DNA of 64,000 nucleotides. Origin: an uncultured Gammaproteobacteria bacterium. GTDB lineage: Bacteria; Patescibacteriota; Patescibacteriia; Buchananbacterales; UBA6539. Below the pieces are notes generated by a model. It had not been told where the DNA came from. It saw nothing but the letters and a program-made list of their open reading frames with translations, and did no database searches. Positions 8,292 to 17,653 of the stretch are shown in pieces. The translations under genes were made by a program, and so were the position numbers. Every line of letters begins with the position of its first letter. Position 1 is the stretch's first letter. The DNA lies in the NCBI GenBank assembly GCA_964540635.1, contig CAZINP010000003.1, forward strand, positions 43,892-107,891. Direction: 5' to 3'.

Positions 8292-8873
8292 TTAGTATTC
8301 TTCGCATTTAATTTGATAATATGCTTGAGCGTGCTGGCAAGACGGGCATTTTGCCGGCGCAATTTTGCCAAAATGAACATAGCCGCATTCTCGACAAACC
8401 CATGAAACTTCCTTTTCTTTTTTGAAGGTGCTGCCATCTTCTACAACCTTGAGAATTTTCATATATCTTTCTTCGTGATGCTCTTCGGCTTTGCCGATAG
8501 CCAAAAGTCTCTGGGCAATTTCATTTAAACCCTCTTCTTTGGCAATGGCGGCAAATTCCGGATACATGGTTGTATGCTCGTAATTTTCACCGGCAATGGC
8601 TGATTTCAGGTTTTCGGCAGTGGTGCCGTAAACGGCCGGGACTTCAGCCTCAACTTTTATATCATCAACCTTGGCGCCTTTTTCTTTTAGTTCGCTTATC
8701 ATTTTAAAGAGTTGAGCAGCGTGCTCGCGTTCATTGTCAGCAGTAATCATAAAAAGTTCGGCATATTGCTCAAACCCTTCTTTTTTGGCGACCTTAGCAT
8801 ACATTGTATAGCGGTTTCGCGCTTGACTTTCGCCAATGAACGCTTTGGCCAAGCACTCAATAGTTCTTTGCAT
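8292..8873 (-). CDS. rbr: Rubrerythrin
   Basis: AFIGESQARNRY, NEREHA, GENYEH..MYPEFA, AEEHHEERY, C-terminal CRECG..CPSC rubredoxin domain. Confidence 0.95.
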   Translation of the reverse strand: MQRTIECLAKAFIGESQARNRYTMYAKVAKKEGFEQYAELFMITADNEREHAAQLFKMISELKEKGAKVDDIKVEAEVPAVYGTTAENLKSAIAGENYEHTTMYPEFAAIAKEEGLNEIAQRLLAIGKAEEHHEERYMKILKVVEDGSTFKKEKEVSWVCRECGYVHFGKIAPAKCPSCQHAQAYYQIKCEEY

Positions 8874-8943
8874 AATTTATAAATTATTAATTATCCCAGA
8901 CATTTTAGCACAGAATAAAAAATTTTAAAAGTATTATTTGATT

Positions 8944-9294
8944 TCATTTTTCTTGATAGTTGTTTAGTAAAATTGTGGTCGGGTACATTGGCCAGCTTCT
9001 GATTACTTCTTGGCAGTCTTGAAATATTGTAAAATCATTCGGATCCTGGCAGTTTAGCGCGCAAACCGCGCGATCGTCCGGATTGCTGTTGTTGGTCAGT
9101 AGATTGTTTGCCCAATCTCGACAATCATTGAAATTGTCATATGTTTTACTGCTGGCGGTAGTCGTTTGGTCCAAAATATCGCCATTCGGATAGTAAATAC
9201 CGCGCCAGTTGGTTTTTTCTCTCGGGGCAAAATAAGAAATTAAAAAAAAGAACAAGCCAAGGACTATCAAAAAATAAATTATTTTATTCATCAT
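8944..9294 (-). CDS. Hypothetical membrane-anchored/secreted protein with four Cys
   Basis: N-terminal hydrophobic helix, W.GIYYPNG motif. Confidence 0.65.
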   Translation of the reverse strand: MMNKIIYFLIVLGLFFFLISYFAPREKTNWRGIYYPNGDILDQTTTASSKTYDNFNDCRDWANNLLTNNSNPDDRAVCALNCQDPNDFTIFQDCQEVIRSWPMYPTTILLNNYQEK

Positions 9295-9784
9295 TTTTTT
9301 TAATGTTTAAAATTAATCGGTCAAAATATTCAAAATCATTCTTAGGGTCAGGGGAACATTCTCCATTTGAAAATTTAAGGTTTGACTGGTTGCCGACTAG
9401 GATACTATAGGCCTTTTGGCATGGTCCGGTTTGAATAATTTTAATGATTTCATATTCGCCAGTTATACTTTTTTGCGACTCGGTGATTAGATAATCTTTT
9501 TGATTTTGGAAAGATTCAATTATTTCGTCTTTATTTTGCTGCTTCATTAAATCTAGTTTATATTCCGGCACTCCTTCTTTGGAATTAAACTCCAAAGTTG
9601 TCTTTTGCGATAAATCATTTATTTCAAATCCGTCGGGAAAATAAATTTCGATATTTTCTGGATTTACTTCTATGATATTATCATCAATTTTAATAAAAGA
9701 GAATTCTTGATCCAAATAGCTTTGGCAGCCTGACAGTGCTAATGCAAATATGGTTAAAGTAATTATGCAAATGGCGTTTCTCAT
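9284..9784 (-). CDS. Hypothetical exported protein (lipoprotein-like)
   Basis: Signal peptide ending in lipobox-like LSGC. Confidence 0.65.
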   Translation of the reverse strand: MRNAICIITLTIFALALSGCQSYLDQEFSFIKIDDNIIEVNPENIEIYFPDGFEINDLSQKTTLEFNSKEGVPEYKLDLMKQQNKDEIIESFQNQKDYLITESQKSITGEYEIIKIIQTGPCQKAYSILVGNQSNLKFSNGECSPDPKNDFEYFDRLILNIKKNDE

Positions 9785-9827
9785 ATAATTACTTTAATTT
9801 TAGATTATTTTTTCCTTTTTTTCAATT

Positions 9828-9860
9828 AAAAAATACGCCCCGAAAGGGGCGTATTTTTTT
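9828..9860 (-). terminator. Intrinsic terminator of topA
   Basis: aaaaaatacgcccc-gaaa-ggggcgtattttttt. Confidence 0.8.
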
Positions 9861-12093
9861 AGGCTTTATATTTACATTCTTTGTTTGAGCATTTTATGGC
9901 GTCATCTTTTGCGTGAACAAGGATTGCGCCGCATTCGGGACATTTTTCATTTTCAGTTTTACCTTCTAAAATTACCGGTTTGCCCCAAAGAGTAAAGTCG
10001 CAATCAGGGTAGCGGCTGCAGCCATAGAACCAACCGCGGCGACTTCTTTTTCCAACGATTTTGCCTTCTTGGCATTTTGGGCAACTGCCTAATTCTTGCG
10101 CTGGTTTTTTCTTAATGTATTTACATTTAGGATAATTTGAACAACCAACAAAAGGTCCAAAGCGGCCTTTTCTTTCCACCAACTCCGATCCGCATTCGGG
10201 ACATTTTTCGCCAACCGGCTTGGGTCCCTCGCCGGGCTGTCCGCCCTCGCCTATAGGTTTGGCGTTTTTACATTCCGGCCAGCCGCTGCAAGCCAAAAAT
10301 TTTCCATATCGTCCCATTTTAATCACCATTGGTTTGCCGCACTTATCGCAAATTTCGTCGGTTTTTGATTCGGTTAATTCTTTTTTGTCTAGCTCCATAT
10401 ATTTTTTATCCAGGTTTTCCTTGAAGGGTCCCCAGAACTCCTTTATGACCGGTTGCCATTTGGTTTTTCCTTCAGAAATATCATCCAAATCATTTTCCAT
10501 TTTTGCGGTAAATTCGTAGTCAACAATTTGAGGAAAATGAGCGACCAATAGATCGTTGACCAAAAAGGCCATTTCGGTCGGTTTTAATTTTTTATCTTCC
10601 TTTTGAACATAACCTCTGTCTTGAATGGTTGAGATGGTCGGAGCATATGTTGAAGGGCGGCCAATGCCGTGATCTTCCAGAACCTTAACCAATGAAGCTT
10701 CAGTGTATCGGGCGGGAGGTTGAGTGAAGTGCTGGTTTGATTGTAAATCAGACAGATCAACTTTTGATTTTTCTTTCAGGGCGGGCAAAATGTTTTCTTT
10801 GGTTTGGACAGGATAAACTTTTAAATACCCCGGAAATTTTATAACCGAACCGTTGGCCCTGAAAGTATAAGTTGTATTTTTAGCGCCAATATCAATTTTT
10901 GTTGCCTCCATAATAGCTTCAGTCATCTGGCTGGCGATGGCGCGCTGCCAAATCAATTGATAAAGCTTGAATTGTCTGGGATCTAAATATTCTTTGACTG
11001 ATTCCGGATCGTTAAAAGCTGATGTGGGGCGGATTGCTTCGTGGGCTTCTTGGGCGGTTTTTGATTTAGCGTGGTAGGTTCGTTTTCCGCTTGTGTAATC
11101 TTTTCCGTATTTATCTTTAATGAAACTTTCAGCTTCGTTTAAAAACTTTGAGGCGAGGTTAAATGAATCAGTTCTCATGTAGGTAATTAAACCAACCTGA
11201 CCTTGTTTACCCAAATTAACACCTTCATATAGCTGTTGGGCCAAGACCATTGTTTGTTTGGCCGAAAAGCCGAGGCGATGGTTGCTTTCTTGCTGCAGGG
11301 TGGATGTGGTAAACGGCGCCGGCGGATTTTTTTTGCCGGCTTTTTGTTCAACCTCTAAAACTTCATATTCGGCGTTTTTTAAATCAGACAGGATTTTGTC
11401 AGCCAAATCTTTGCCCTTGATGCCAAGTTTATCAATTGTTTTGCCGTCCATGGTATTAAGCTTGGCTTCAAATTCGATTTTTTCATCTTTTTCGGGAATG
11501 AATTTTGCGTCAATTGTCCAATATTCTTCAGGGACAAAGGCCTGAATCAGTCTTTCTCTTTCAACGATTAATCTTACGGCAACAGATTGAACGCGTCCGG
11601 CCGATAAGCCCTTGGCGACTTTTTTCCAAAGCAGAGGGGAGAGTTGATAGCCAACCAGGCGATCAAGAATTCTTCTGGCTTGCTGAGCATCAACTAAGTT
11701 TAAATCCAGGTGGCGAGGATTTTTTAAGGCTTCAAGAATGGCTTCTTCGGTGATTTCGTGAAAGACAATTCTTTTTATTTTGTTTGCCGGTGTTTTTAAA
11801 ATTTCAGCCAAATGCCAAGAAATTGCCTCACCTTCGCGGTCCTCGTCAGTCGCGAAGTAAATTTGGTCGGCCTTTTCCGCCAATTTTTTTAAGGCTGTAA
11901 CGTTTTTTCTGGCCTTGGTGGGGATGACATATTGTGGTTCAAAATTATTTTCCGTATCAACACCAAGCTTGCTTTTTGGCAAATCACGGATATGGCCAAA
12001 AGAAGATTCAATTTTAAAATCTTTGCCTAAAAATTTGGAAATTGTTTTTGCCTTTGTCGGTGACTCGACAATGACTAAATTTTTCGTTTTCAT
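9859..12093 (-). CDS. topA: DNA topoisomerase I with C-terminal zinc ribbons
   Basis: LVIVESPTKAKTI, ATDEDREGEAI, SAGRVQS, ITYMRTDS, multiple C4 zinc ribbons; ATG at 12093 preferred. Confidence 0.97.
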   Translation of the reverse strand: MKTKNLVIVESPTKAKTISKFLGKDFKIESSFGHIRDLPKSKLGVDTENNFEPQYVIPTKARKNVTALKKLAEKADQIYFATDEDREGEAISWHLAEILKTPANKIKRIVFHEITEEAILEALKNPRHLDLNLVDAQQARRILDRLVGYQLSPLLWKKVAKGLSAGRVQSVAVRLIVERERLIQAFVPEEYWTIDAKFIPEKDEKIEFEAKLNTMDGKTIDKLGIKGKDLADKILSDLKNAEYEVLEVEQKAGKKNPPAPFTTSTLQQESNHRLGFSAKQTMVLAQQLYEGVNLGKQGQVGLITYMRTDSFNLASKFLNEAESFIKDKYGKDYTSGKRTYHAKSKTAQEAHEAIRPTSAFNDPESVKEYLDPRQFKLYQLIWQRAIASQMTEAIMEATKIDIGAKNTTYTFRANGSVIKFPGYLKVYPVQTKENILPALKEKSKVDLSDLQSNQHFTQPPARYTEASLVKVLEDHGIGRPSTYAPTISTIQDRGYVQKEDKKLKPTEMAFLVNDLLVAHFPQIVDYEFTAKMENDLDDISEGKTKWQPVIKEFWGPFKENLDKKYMELDKKELTESKTDEICDKCGKPMVIKMGRYGKFLACSGWPECKNAKPIGEGGQPGEGPKPVGEKCPECGSELVERKGRFGPFVGCSNYPKCKYIKKKPAQELGSCPKCQEGKIVGKRSRRGWFYGCSRYPDCDFTLWGKPVILEGKTENEKCPECGAILVHAKDDAIKCSNKECKYKA

Positions 12094-12145
12094 ATGGAAT
12101 GATTTAGAAGTAAAAGTCAAAAAACAAAAGTCCGCCAAAGCGGAT

Positions 12146-13402
12146 TTATTTTTTGGTTTTTAATTCTTGATTTTTAAGAATTTCATTTTCGCTTATCCAG
12201 TATTTTCTTAATTCGCCGGCCAGAAAAAATGAGCCGGTTATTAATATTAGATCATTAGGTTTAGCAATTTCAAGAATTGATTCTAATGCCAGTTGAGGGT
12301 CTAAGCTGAAACTGTAATTATTTTTTAATCCCAGTTTTGCCGCCAGTTCTTTAGGTGCCCAGCATTGTTTACCAAACAGGTAGCGAGTCAAAACCACCTT
12401 GTCAGCTTCCTTTATTATTTGACCTAAGACTTGCCTTGGATTTCTCTCTTTGGTCAGTGCAATAATAATAAATAATCTTTGATATGTCAAGTTTTTGAGA
12501 TTTTTAATTAATGAGGCGATTTTGATTTTGTTGTGTGAGCCGTCAATAATTACTCTTGGTTTTTTTTGCATTAATTCAAAGCGCCCAGGTATTTTTAGCT
12601 TAGTAAGCTCTAGGTTTTTAAGCTTTTCGGGCGGGATAAATTTACTTAGAATGGTTTGGGCCACTTTAATATTTGCTTGATGATAATCGGGCAATTTTTT
12701 GGTTTTAATCAGATTAAAATTCGCCTTATTTTTTTGGCAAACCACTTTGAATATCTTTATAACTTTTTTTCGGTTAGAATCAATAGTATAGAAATCGGTT
12801 TTATATTTTATAATTCCCGCCTTTTCCTCGGCGATATCGTTAATTGTTTTGCCTAAAATTTTCGTGTGATCGTAGTCAACAAAATTTACTAAAGCCGTAG
12901 CAGGCGAAGGGATTATATTGCTGGCGTCGTTTTTGCCGCCAATGCCGGCTTCTAAAACCACAAGACGGCATTTTTTATTTTTAAAATATAAAAAGGCAAT
13001 TGCCAAAAGAATTTCATAATACGACGGCCGGCCGTAGCCGGATTTTTGGTAAGTTTTATCAACCGCGGGTTTGATTGTTTCCATCAACTTGGCAAAGTCA
13101 TTCGGCGAAATAAATTTTTTTCCAACCTTAATTCGTTCAATAGTCGTGCTTAGATGGGGAGAAGTGTAAAGCCCGGCACTAATTTTTGCCTCAACCAATC
13201 CATGATGAATCAAATGGGCGATTGTGCCTTTACCGGCTGTGCCGGCAATATGAATGTATTTTAATTTTTTTTGAGGATCACCCAAGGTTTTTAAAAAAAA
13301 TCGCATTCGCGGCAAATAAAAAGACCGGTTGTCCTTAACCGGTTGAGAAACGTTTTTTATTGTTTCTAAATATTTTATGGCTTGAAAATAATTTTCAAAC
13401 AT
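12146..13402 (-). CDS. folC: Folylpolyglutamate synthase/dihydrofolate synthase family (Mur-ligase fold)
   Basis: IHIAGTAGKGT, GLYTSPHL..ERI, LEAGIGGKNDASN, DH..ILG, DGSHN, ITGSFFLAG. Confidence 0.85.
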   Translation of the reverse strand: MFENYFQAIKYLETIKNVSQPVKDNRSFYLPRMRFFLKTLGDPQKKLKYIHIAGTAGKGTIAHLIHHGLVEAKISAGLYTSPHLSTTIERIKVGKKFISPNDFAKLMETIKPAVDKTYQKSGYGRPSYYEILLAIAFLYFKNKKCRLVVLEAGIGGKNDASNIIPSPATALVNFVDYDHTKILGKTINDIAEEKAGIIKYKTDFYTIDSNRKKVIKIFKVVCQKNKANFNLIKTKKLPDYHQANIKVAQTILSKFIPPEKLKNLELTKLKIPGRFELMQKKPRVIIDGSHNKIKIASLIKNLKNLTYQRLFIIIALTKERNPRQVLGQIIKEADKVVLTRYLFGKQCWAPKELAAKLGLKNNYSFSLDPQLALESILEIAKPNDLILITGSFFLAGELRKYWISENEILKNQELKTKK

Positions 13403-13404
13403 AT

Positions 13405-14496
13405 TTATCTGGCTTTAATGTAATTTTGTCCACCCAAATTTTTGACCGAACCCTTTATCTCCATCATTGCGAGAGTGGAATTTACAACACTGATATTAAG
13501 CATACTTAATCTAATTATTTTGTCAACTGGTGTCGGTTCAAAACTAAGAAGGCTAAAAATTATTTTTTCCACTTCGTTGTCGGGAATAATTTGCGCTGCG
13601 CTTTGGAAAAACTTAGCCTCTTTTAGATTGAGTGTTTCAAGAATATCATTTGAGCTTTCCGTTAATACGGCGCCCTGTTTGATTAAAAAATTTGGCCCAG
13701 CTGACAGTGGATTGTAAATACTGCCCGGCACGGCAAAAACTTCGCGGTTTTGTTCCAAGGCATATTTGGCCGTAATCATGGCGCCGGATTTAACGTCGGC
13801 TTCTGTTATTAAAACGCCAAGACTTAGCCCGGAAATAATGCGGTTTCGTCTGGGGAAGTTGCTTTTAAATGGCCTTGTGCCAATTGGAAACTCGGAAATA
13901 ATCGCGCCGTCTTTTTCTATGATCTCTTTGGCCAAATTTTGATTCGCGCTCGGGTAGATTTTTTCTAGTCCACAGCCCAAAACGGCGATGGTTTTTTTGT
14001 TAACCCCAACTGCAGCTTGATGAGCCAAAGTATCTGTTCCTAAAGCCAAGCCGGAAACTATGCTTAAATTGTTTAAGGCCAAGTCCCTTGCCAGTTGAGT
14101 GGTTATCTGTTTGCCATATGAACTTATTTTTCGGGTACCGACAACGGCAAATGGAAAATCGTTTTCCAAATTTAATTTTCCCAAAACTTGAATCATAAAA
14201 GGTGGTTGATGTATTTCTTTGAGCAATTTTGGATAGTTAGAATCATCAAGCTCAATTATTTTAATGCCCAGTTTTTTAACTTTTTCTTCTTCATTTTCCG
14301 GCGAAATTTCTTTTCTTTGAGCAATAATCGTTTCGGCTGTTTTGGAATCAATTCCGGCCTTGGTGATTTCACCAAAATCAGCCTTCCAAAAGTTACGAAG
14401 ATCAAAAAAGTGTTTTTTTATTTTTTTATATCGGCTTGGTCCGATAGTGGTAATCTTGGCTATTCCAAGAAGATATTTTTGTTGATCGTCTTTCAT
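13405..14496 (-). CDS. dprA: DNA-processing protein DprA
   Basis: YPKLLKEI..PP, AVVGTRK.S.YG, IVSGLALGTD..AH, FPRRNRIISGLS, SGAMITA, C-terminal winged helix. Confidence 0.96.
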   Translation of the reverse strand: MKDDQQKYLLGIAKITTIGPSRYKKIKKHFFDLRNFWKADFGEITKAGIDSKTAETIIAQRKEISPENEEEKVKKLGIKIIELDDSNYPKLLKEIHQPPFMIQVLGKLNLENDFPFAVVGTRKISSYGKQITTQLARDLALNNLSIVSGLALGTDTLAHQAAVGVNKKTIAVLGCGLEKIYPSANQNLAKEIIEKDGAIISEFPIGTRPFKSNFPRRNRIISGLSLGVLITEADVKSGAMITAKYALEQNREVFAVPGSIYNPLSAGPNFLIKQGAVLTESSNDILETLNLKEAKFFQSAAQIIPDNEVEKIIFSLLSFEPTPVDKIIRLSMLNISVVNSTLAMMEIKGSVKNLGGQNYIKAR

Positions 14497-14561
14497 ATAT
14501 ATAATTAATATTAAGTTAGTCTTGACAAAAGCCGTTTTTTCTGTTAAATTGATAAATCTTC

Positions 14562-14702
14562 AAGAGCTTCCAGGGCTCTGTTTGCCAGCGGCAAAAGTAA
14601 GGTTAACCCTCCTAGCCAAACGATTAGCCAAAAAGCAAAGTTAAGAATGTCTTCTGACATTTGTGACTTTCGCTGGCAAGCAGTGTCCTGGGAGTTTTTT
14701 TT
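14562..14702 (+). ncRNA. Candidate ~140-nt structured ncRNA (6S-like rod; family unassigned)
   Basis: TTGACA(14522)-17-TAAATT promoter; ~28-bp closing stem with G-U pairs; U-tract at the 3' end; lies in an ORF-free gap. Confidence 0.65.
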
Positions 14703-14706
14703 AATT

Positions 14707-14728
14707 AAAAAACGCCCTTTGTCGGGCG
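14707..14728 (-). terminator. Intrinsic terminator of pth
   Basis: cgccc/gggcg hairpin with an A6 run on the + strand (U6 on minus). Confidence 0.6.
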
Positions 14729-14750
14729 CTATGTTGATTTTGTTGTTTTG

Positions 14751-15323
14751 TTAATTAAATTTGTTCATTGCTTTTTCCGGAGAATTAAGAATTGCTTCTT
14801 TGATGGCTAAAACTGTCGTTTGCAAGACGGGTCGTAATATCTTATCATTTTCTTTGCTGATTTTTTTCAAAACAAATTTTTCCGCTGGAATTTTGGTGGC
14901 AATTATCGGTTTGATGCCGATTCGAAAGCGGACGAATTCCTTGGTTCCTGTTTGGTTGATGATTGATTGTATCCCTTTATGGCCGCCGGCTGATGAATTT
15001 TTTGAAATTCTAATTTGACCCAGAGGCAAATCAAATTCGTCATGAATAATCCAAATGTCTTCTGGTTTGATTTTGTAAAATGAAGCCACGGCCAGAACAG
15101 ATTGGCCGGAAAGATTCATATACGTTTGAGGTTTAACCAAAATGACTTTTTCATCAATAATTTTACCCTCGCTGATTTCCGCTTTATATTTTTTAATTAA
15201 TTTTAAATCCGAAAAATTTTCTTTTTCGTCTTTTTTTATTTCATCCAAGGCTTGAAAGCCGACATTGTGCCAGGTTTTCTCGTATTCTTTGCCGGGGTTA
15301 CCCAGGCCGATGATTAATTTCAT
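14751..15323 (-). CDS. pth: Peptidyl-tRNA hydrolase
   Basis: LIIGLGNPG.EY..T.HNVGF, KPQTYMNLSG, HDEFDLP, AGGHKG, RFRIGI. Confidence 0.96.
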   Translation of the reverse strand: MKLIIGLGNPGKEYEKTWHNVGFQALDEIKKDEKENFSDLKLIKKYKAEISEGKIIDEKVILVKPQTYMNLSGQSVLAVASFYKIKPEDIWIIHDEFDLPLGQIRISKNSSAGGHKGIQSIINQTGTKEFVRFRIGIKPIIATKIPAEKFVLKKISKENDKILRPVLQTTVLAIKEAILNSPEKAMNKFN

Positions 15324-15328
15324 ATTTT

Positions 15329-16198
15329 TTATGATTCTTGTCGTTTATAGTAACCTTGTTGTTTTGGTGGCAGCATCTCGCTGATGGCCACGCCAATTTG
15401 TTCAGATTGTTCTTGTAAGGTTTTGTGAACTCTATGGAATTCGGCCAAATCTTCGGGGCTGATTCTATCTTCGGCGGTGATTTCTTCTCCATTTTTTATT
15501 TTTTCTTTCCTTTTTTTTCTTTTTTCAATCACGGTATCAATAATGCCTACATCAATTGGTTCTAGCTCGATTGGTTGGCCAATATGGTAGGTGCCATTTA
15601 ATCTTTTTATTAAAGCTTTAAAACCTTTCCATCCATGAATACTTAGATCATTTTCTTCTCCTTGGATTTCTAGGGCAGTTGGAATTATTTTTGCTCTAGC
15701 TTTTTGAGCTAGATAGATCGGTCCGATACTAGCCCTTGTCATTTTCCCGTCAAGATTGAATGGATGTATGGCAATCCATGGCGTTTTTCCCTCGTCCATT
15801 TTGCTTTCTAGTGAGGCGAAATTATCAGGATTAAATGAACCGGCACGATCAGTCGGGGTTAAATGATAGTCAAGAAAACTAAAATTTTCTTTACCGCCGA
15901 GTTGAAACATTATTTTTTGTCCTACCTCATCGGTCAATAATGATTGGGCGGTAATTTGCATATTAAATTTTTCGCCCAAAGCCTTGATTGCTGCCGGAGC
16001 ATCTAAATTTGATAAGTGTGCGGACGTGACAATATACTTATCGTCATTGCTAAGAGTTTCGAGATTTTCTGATCCTTTTATGGTAAATGATCTTAAGCCC
16101 AACATTAGGGCTTCGGCCCCAAGACGAAGCCTTTTTGGCGTTTCTTGTTTTGTATTTTTTGCATACTCTTCGGGCACAGGGGTGTTGAATTCTGACAT
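15329..16198 (-). CDS. PlsC-like glycerolipid acyltransferase family protein
   Basis: IKGSENL...YIVTSAHLSNLD (HX4D catalytic motif), YLAQKARAKIIP, IGQPI. Confidence 0.6.
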   Translation of the reverse strand: MSEFNTPVPEEYAKNTKQETPKRLRLGAEALMLGLRSFTIKGSENLETLSNDDKYIVTSAHLSNLDAPAAIKALGEKFNMQITAQSLLTDEVGQKIMFQLGGKENFSFLDYHLTPTDRAGSFNPDNFASLESKMDEGKTPWIAIHPFNLDGKMTRASIGPIYLAQKARAKIIPTALEIQGEENDLSIHGWKGFKALIKRLNGTYHIGQPIELEPIDVGIIDTVIEKRKKRKEKIKNGEEITAEDRISPEDLAEFHRVHKTLQEQSEQIGVAISEMLPPKQQGYYKRQES

Positions 16199-16209
16199 AT
16201 TGCAGGTAA

Positions 16210-17634
16210 TTATTTTTTTTCGTGAACTTTAACGTTGGTTACTTTAAGGTTAATTGGCGTGCCAATAAAGTCAAACCTTTCTCTGAGTTGATTTTCAATA
16301 AAGCGTAAGTAGGAAAAGTGAACAGAGTCATTGCGACCAATTGATAAATTAAATTGCGGCGGGTTGCTTTTGATTTGCTCCAAAGAGATAAGGCGCGGGG
16401 GATTTTGGCCCTTGGCTTGGGCCGGGTGCTGTTTTTTAACCAAGCCTTTCAGGATGGCGTCAAGCTCGGGCTGGTCGATGATTTTTTTGCGTTGATTGTT
16501 AACGGCCATAACCAAGTCTAAAATTTTATGAACGTTTTTTCCGGTTTGAGCCGAAATAAATATCAGGGGCGCAAAGCTTAAAAATGGAAAATGTCTTTGA
16601 TAGTATTTTAAAAATTTTGAATCGGTTTTTTCGTTTTTCTCTCCAATCAGATCCCATTTGTTTGCCACCACGATAATGCCGGCGCCGGCATCTTTTATCA
16701 TTCCGGCCAAATGCAAATCTTGAACCGTTAGCGGTTTATCGGCTTCGGTAACAAAGATGATGATATCAGCGGCCTTGATTAAGTTTAGTGAGCGGCGAGT
16801 GGAGAGCTTTTCCAGGCCGCGTTCAATTTTAGCTTTTTTGCGCAGCCCGGCCGTGTCAATGATTTCAATTTTTTGATCATTATAAATAATCTCAGTATCT
16901 TGCGGTTCGCGAGTGGTATGGGGAATAGGCGAGACAATTACGCGTTCTTCGCCTAAGATTGCATTTAGCAATGATGATTTCCCCACATTTGGTTTGCCGA
17001 TAATGGCGACTTTCAGGGCTCGGTTTTCGGCTTGGGTTTTTGGTCTGCCTTTTTGACCCTTAACCTTTTTTATCAACTCATCAAGCATATCGCCGGTTCC
17101 GGAACCATTTGCCGCTGAAACCGGCCAGGGTTTACCCAGACCTAATTTGTAGAATTCATTTAGGTTGGTGGCGTATTTTTGGCTGTCTACTTTATTGCTG
17201 ATTAAAAAAATCGGTTTTTTAATTTTTTTTAAAACCAAGGCGAGCTCTTTATCTTCCGGCATCAGACCGGTTTGACCGTCGGTAACCATTAAAATCATAT
17301 CCGCTTTCTGCATTGCCAGTTTGGTTTGTTTGACAATTTCTTTTTCAATTACGTCTTCGGGGAGAGATTCCAGAGATTTTTTGCCGGGCAAAAGCGATTG
17401 AATGCTGTGCTTGAGAGTATTGATGTTTATTCCGCCCGTATCAATTAATTCAAAATTTTTATTGCGCCAAGAAACCAGGCCAACATTATAATCTCTGGTC
17501 GTGCCTTCAATGTCTGAAACCAAAGCTCGGCCGGTTTCGGTTAGACGATTAAAAAGCATTGATTTACCCACATTAATTCGGCCGACAATAACAATCGTGG
17601 TGAGTTTTTTTTCAATTTTGAATTTTTTTTCCAT
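16210..17634 (-). CDS. der: Ribosome biogenesis GTPase Der/EngA
   Basis: Two G domains (GRINVGKS..DTGG..NKVD; GKPNVGKS..DTAG..NKWD) and KH-like tail SYLRFIENQLR. Confidence 0.95.
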   Translation of the reverse strand: MEKKFKIEKKLTTIVIVGRINVGKSMLFNRLTETGRALVSDIEGTTRDYNVGLVSWRNKNFELIDTGGININTLKHSIQSLLPGKKSLESLPEDVIEKEIVKQTKLAMQKADMILMVTDGQTGLMPEDKELALVLKKIKKPIFLISNKVDSQKYATNLNEFYKLGLGKPWPVSAANGSGTGDMLDELIKKVKGQKGRPKTQAENRALKVAIIGKPNVGKSSLLNAILGEERVIVSPIPHTTREPQDTEIIYNDQKIEIIDTAGLRKKAKIERGLEKLSTRRSLNLIKAADIIIFVTEADKPLTVQDLHLAGMIKDAGAGIIVVANKWDLIGEKNEKTDSKFLKYYQRHFPFLSFAPLIFISAQTGKNVHKILDLVMAVNNQRKKIIDQPELDAILKGLVKKQHPAQAKGQNPPRLISLEQIKSNPPQFNLSIGRNDSVHFSYLRFIENQLRERFDFIGTPINLKVTNVKVHEKK

Positions 17635-17653
17635 ATGTGTAAATCAAAAGATT

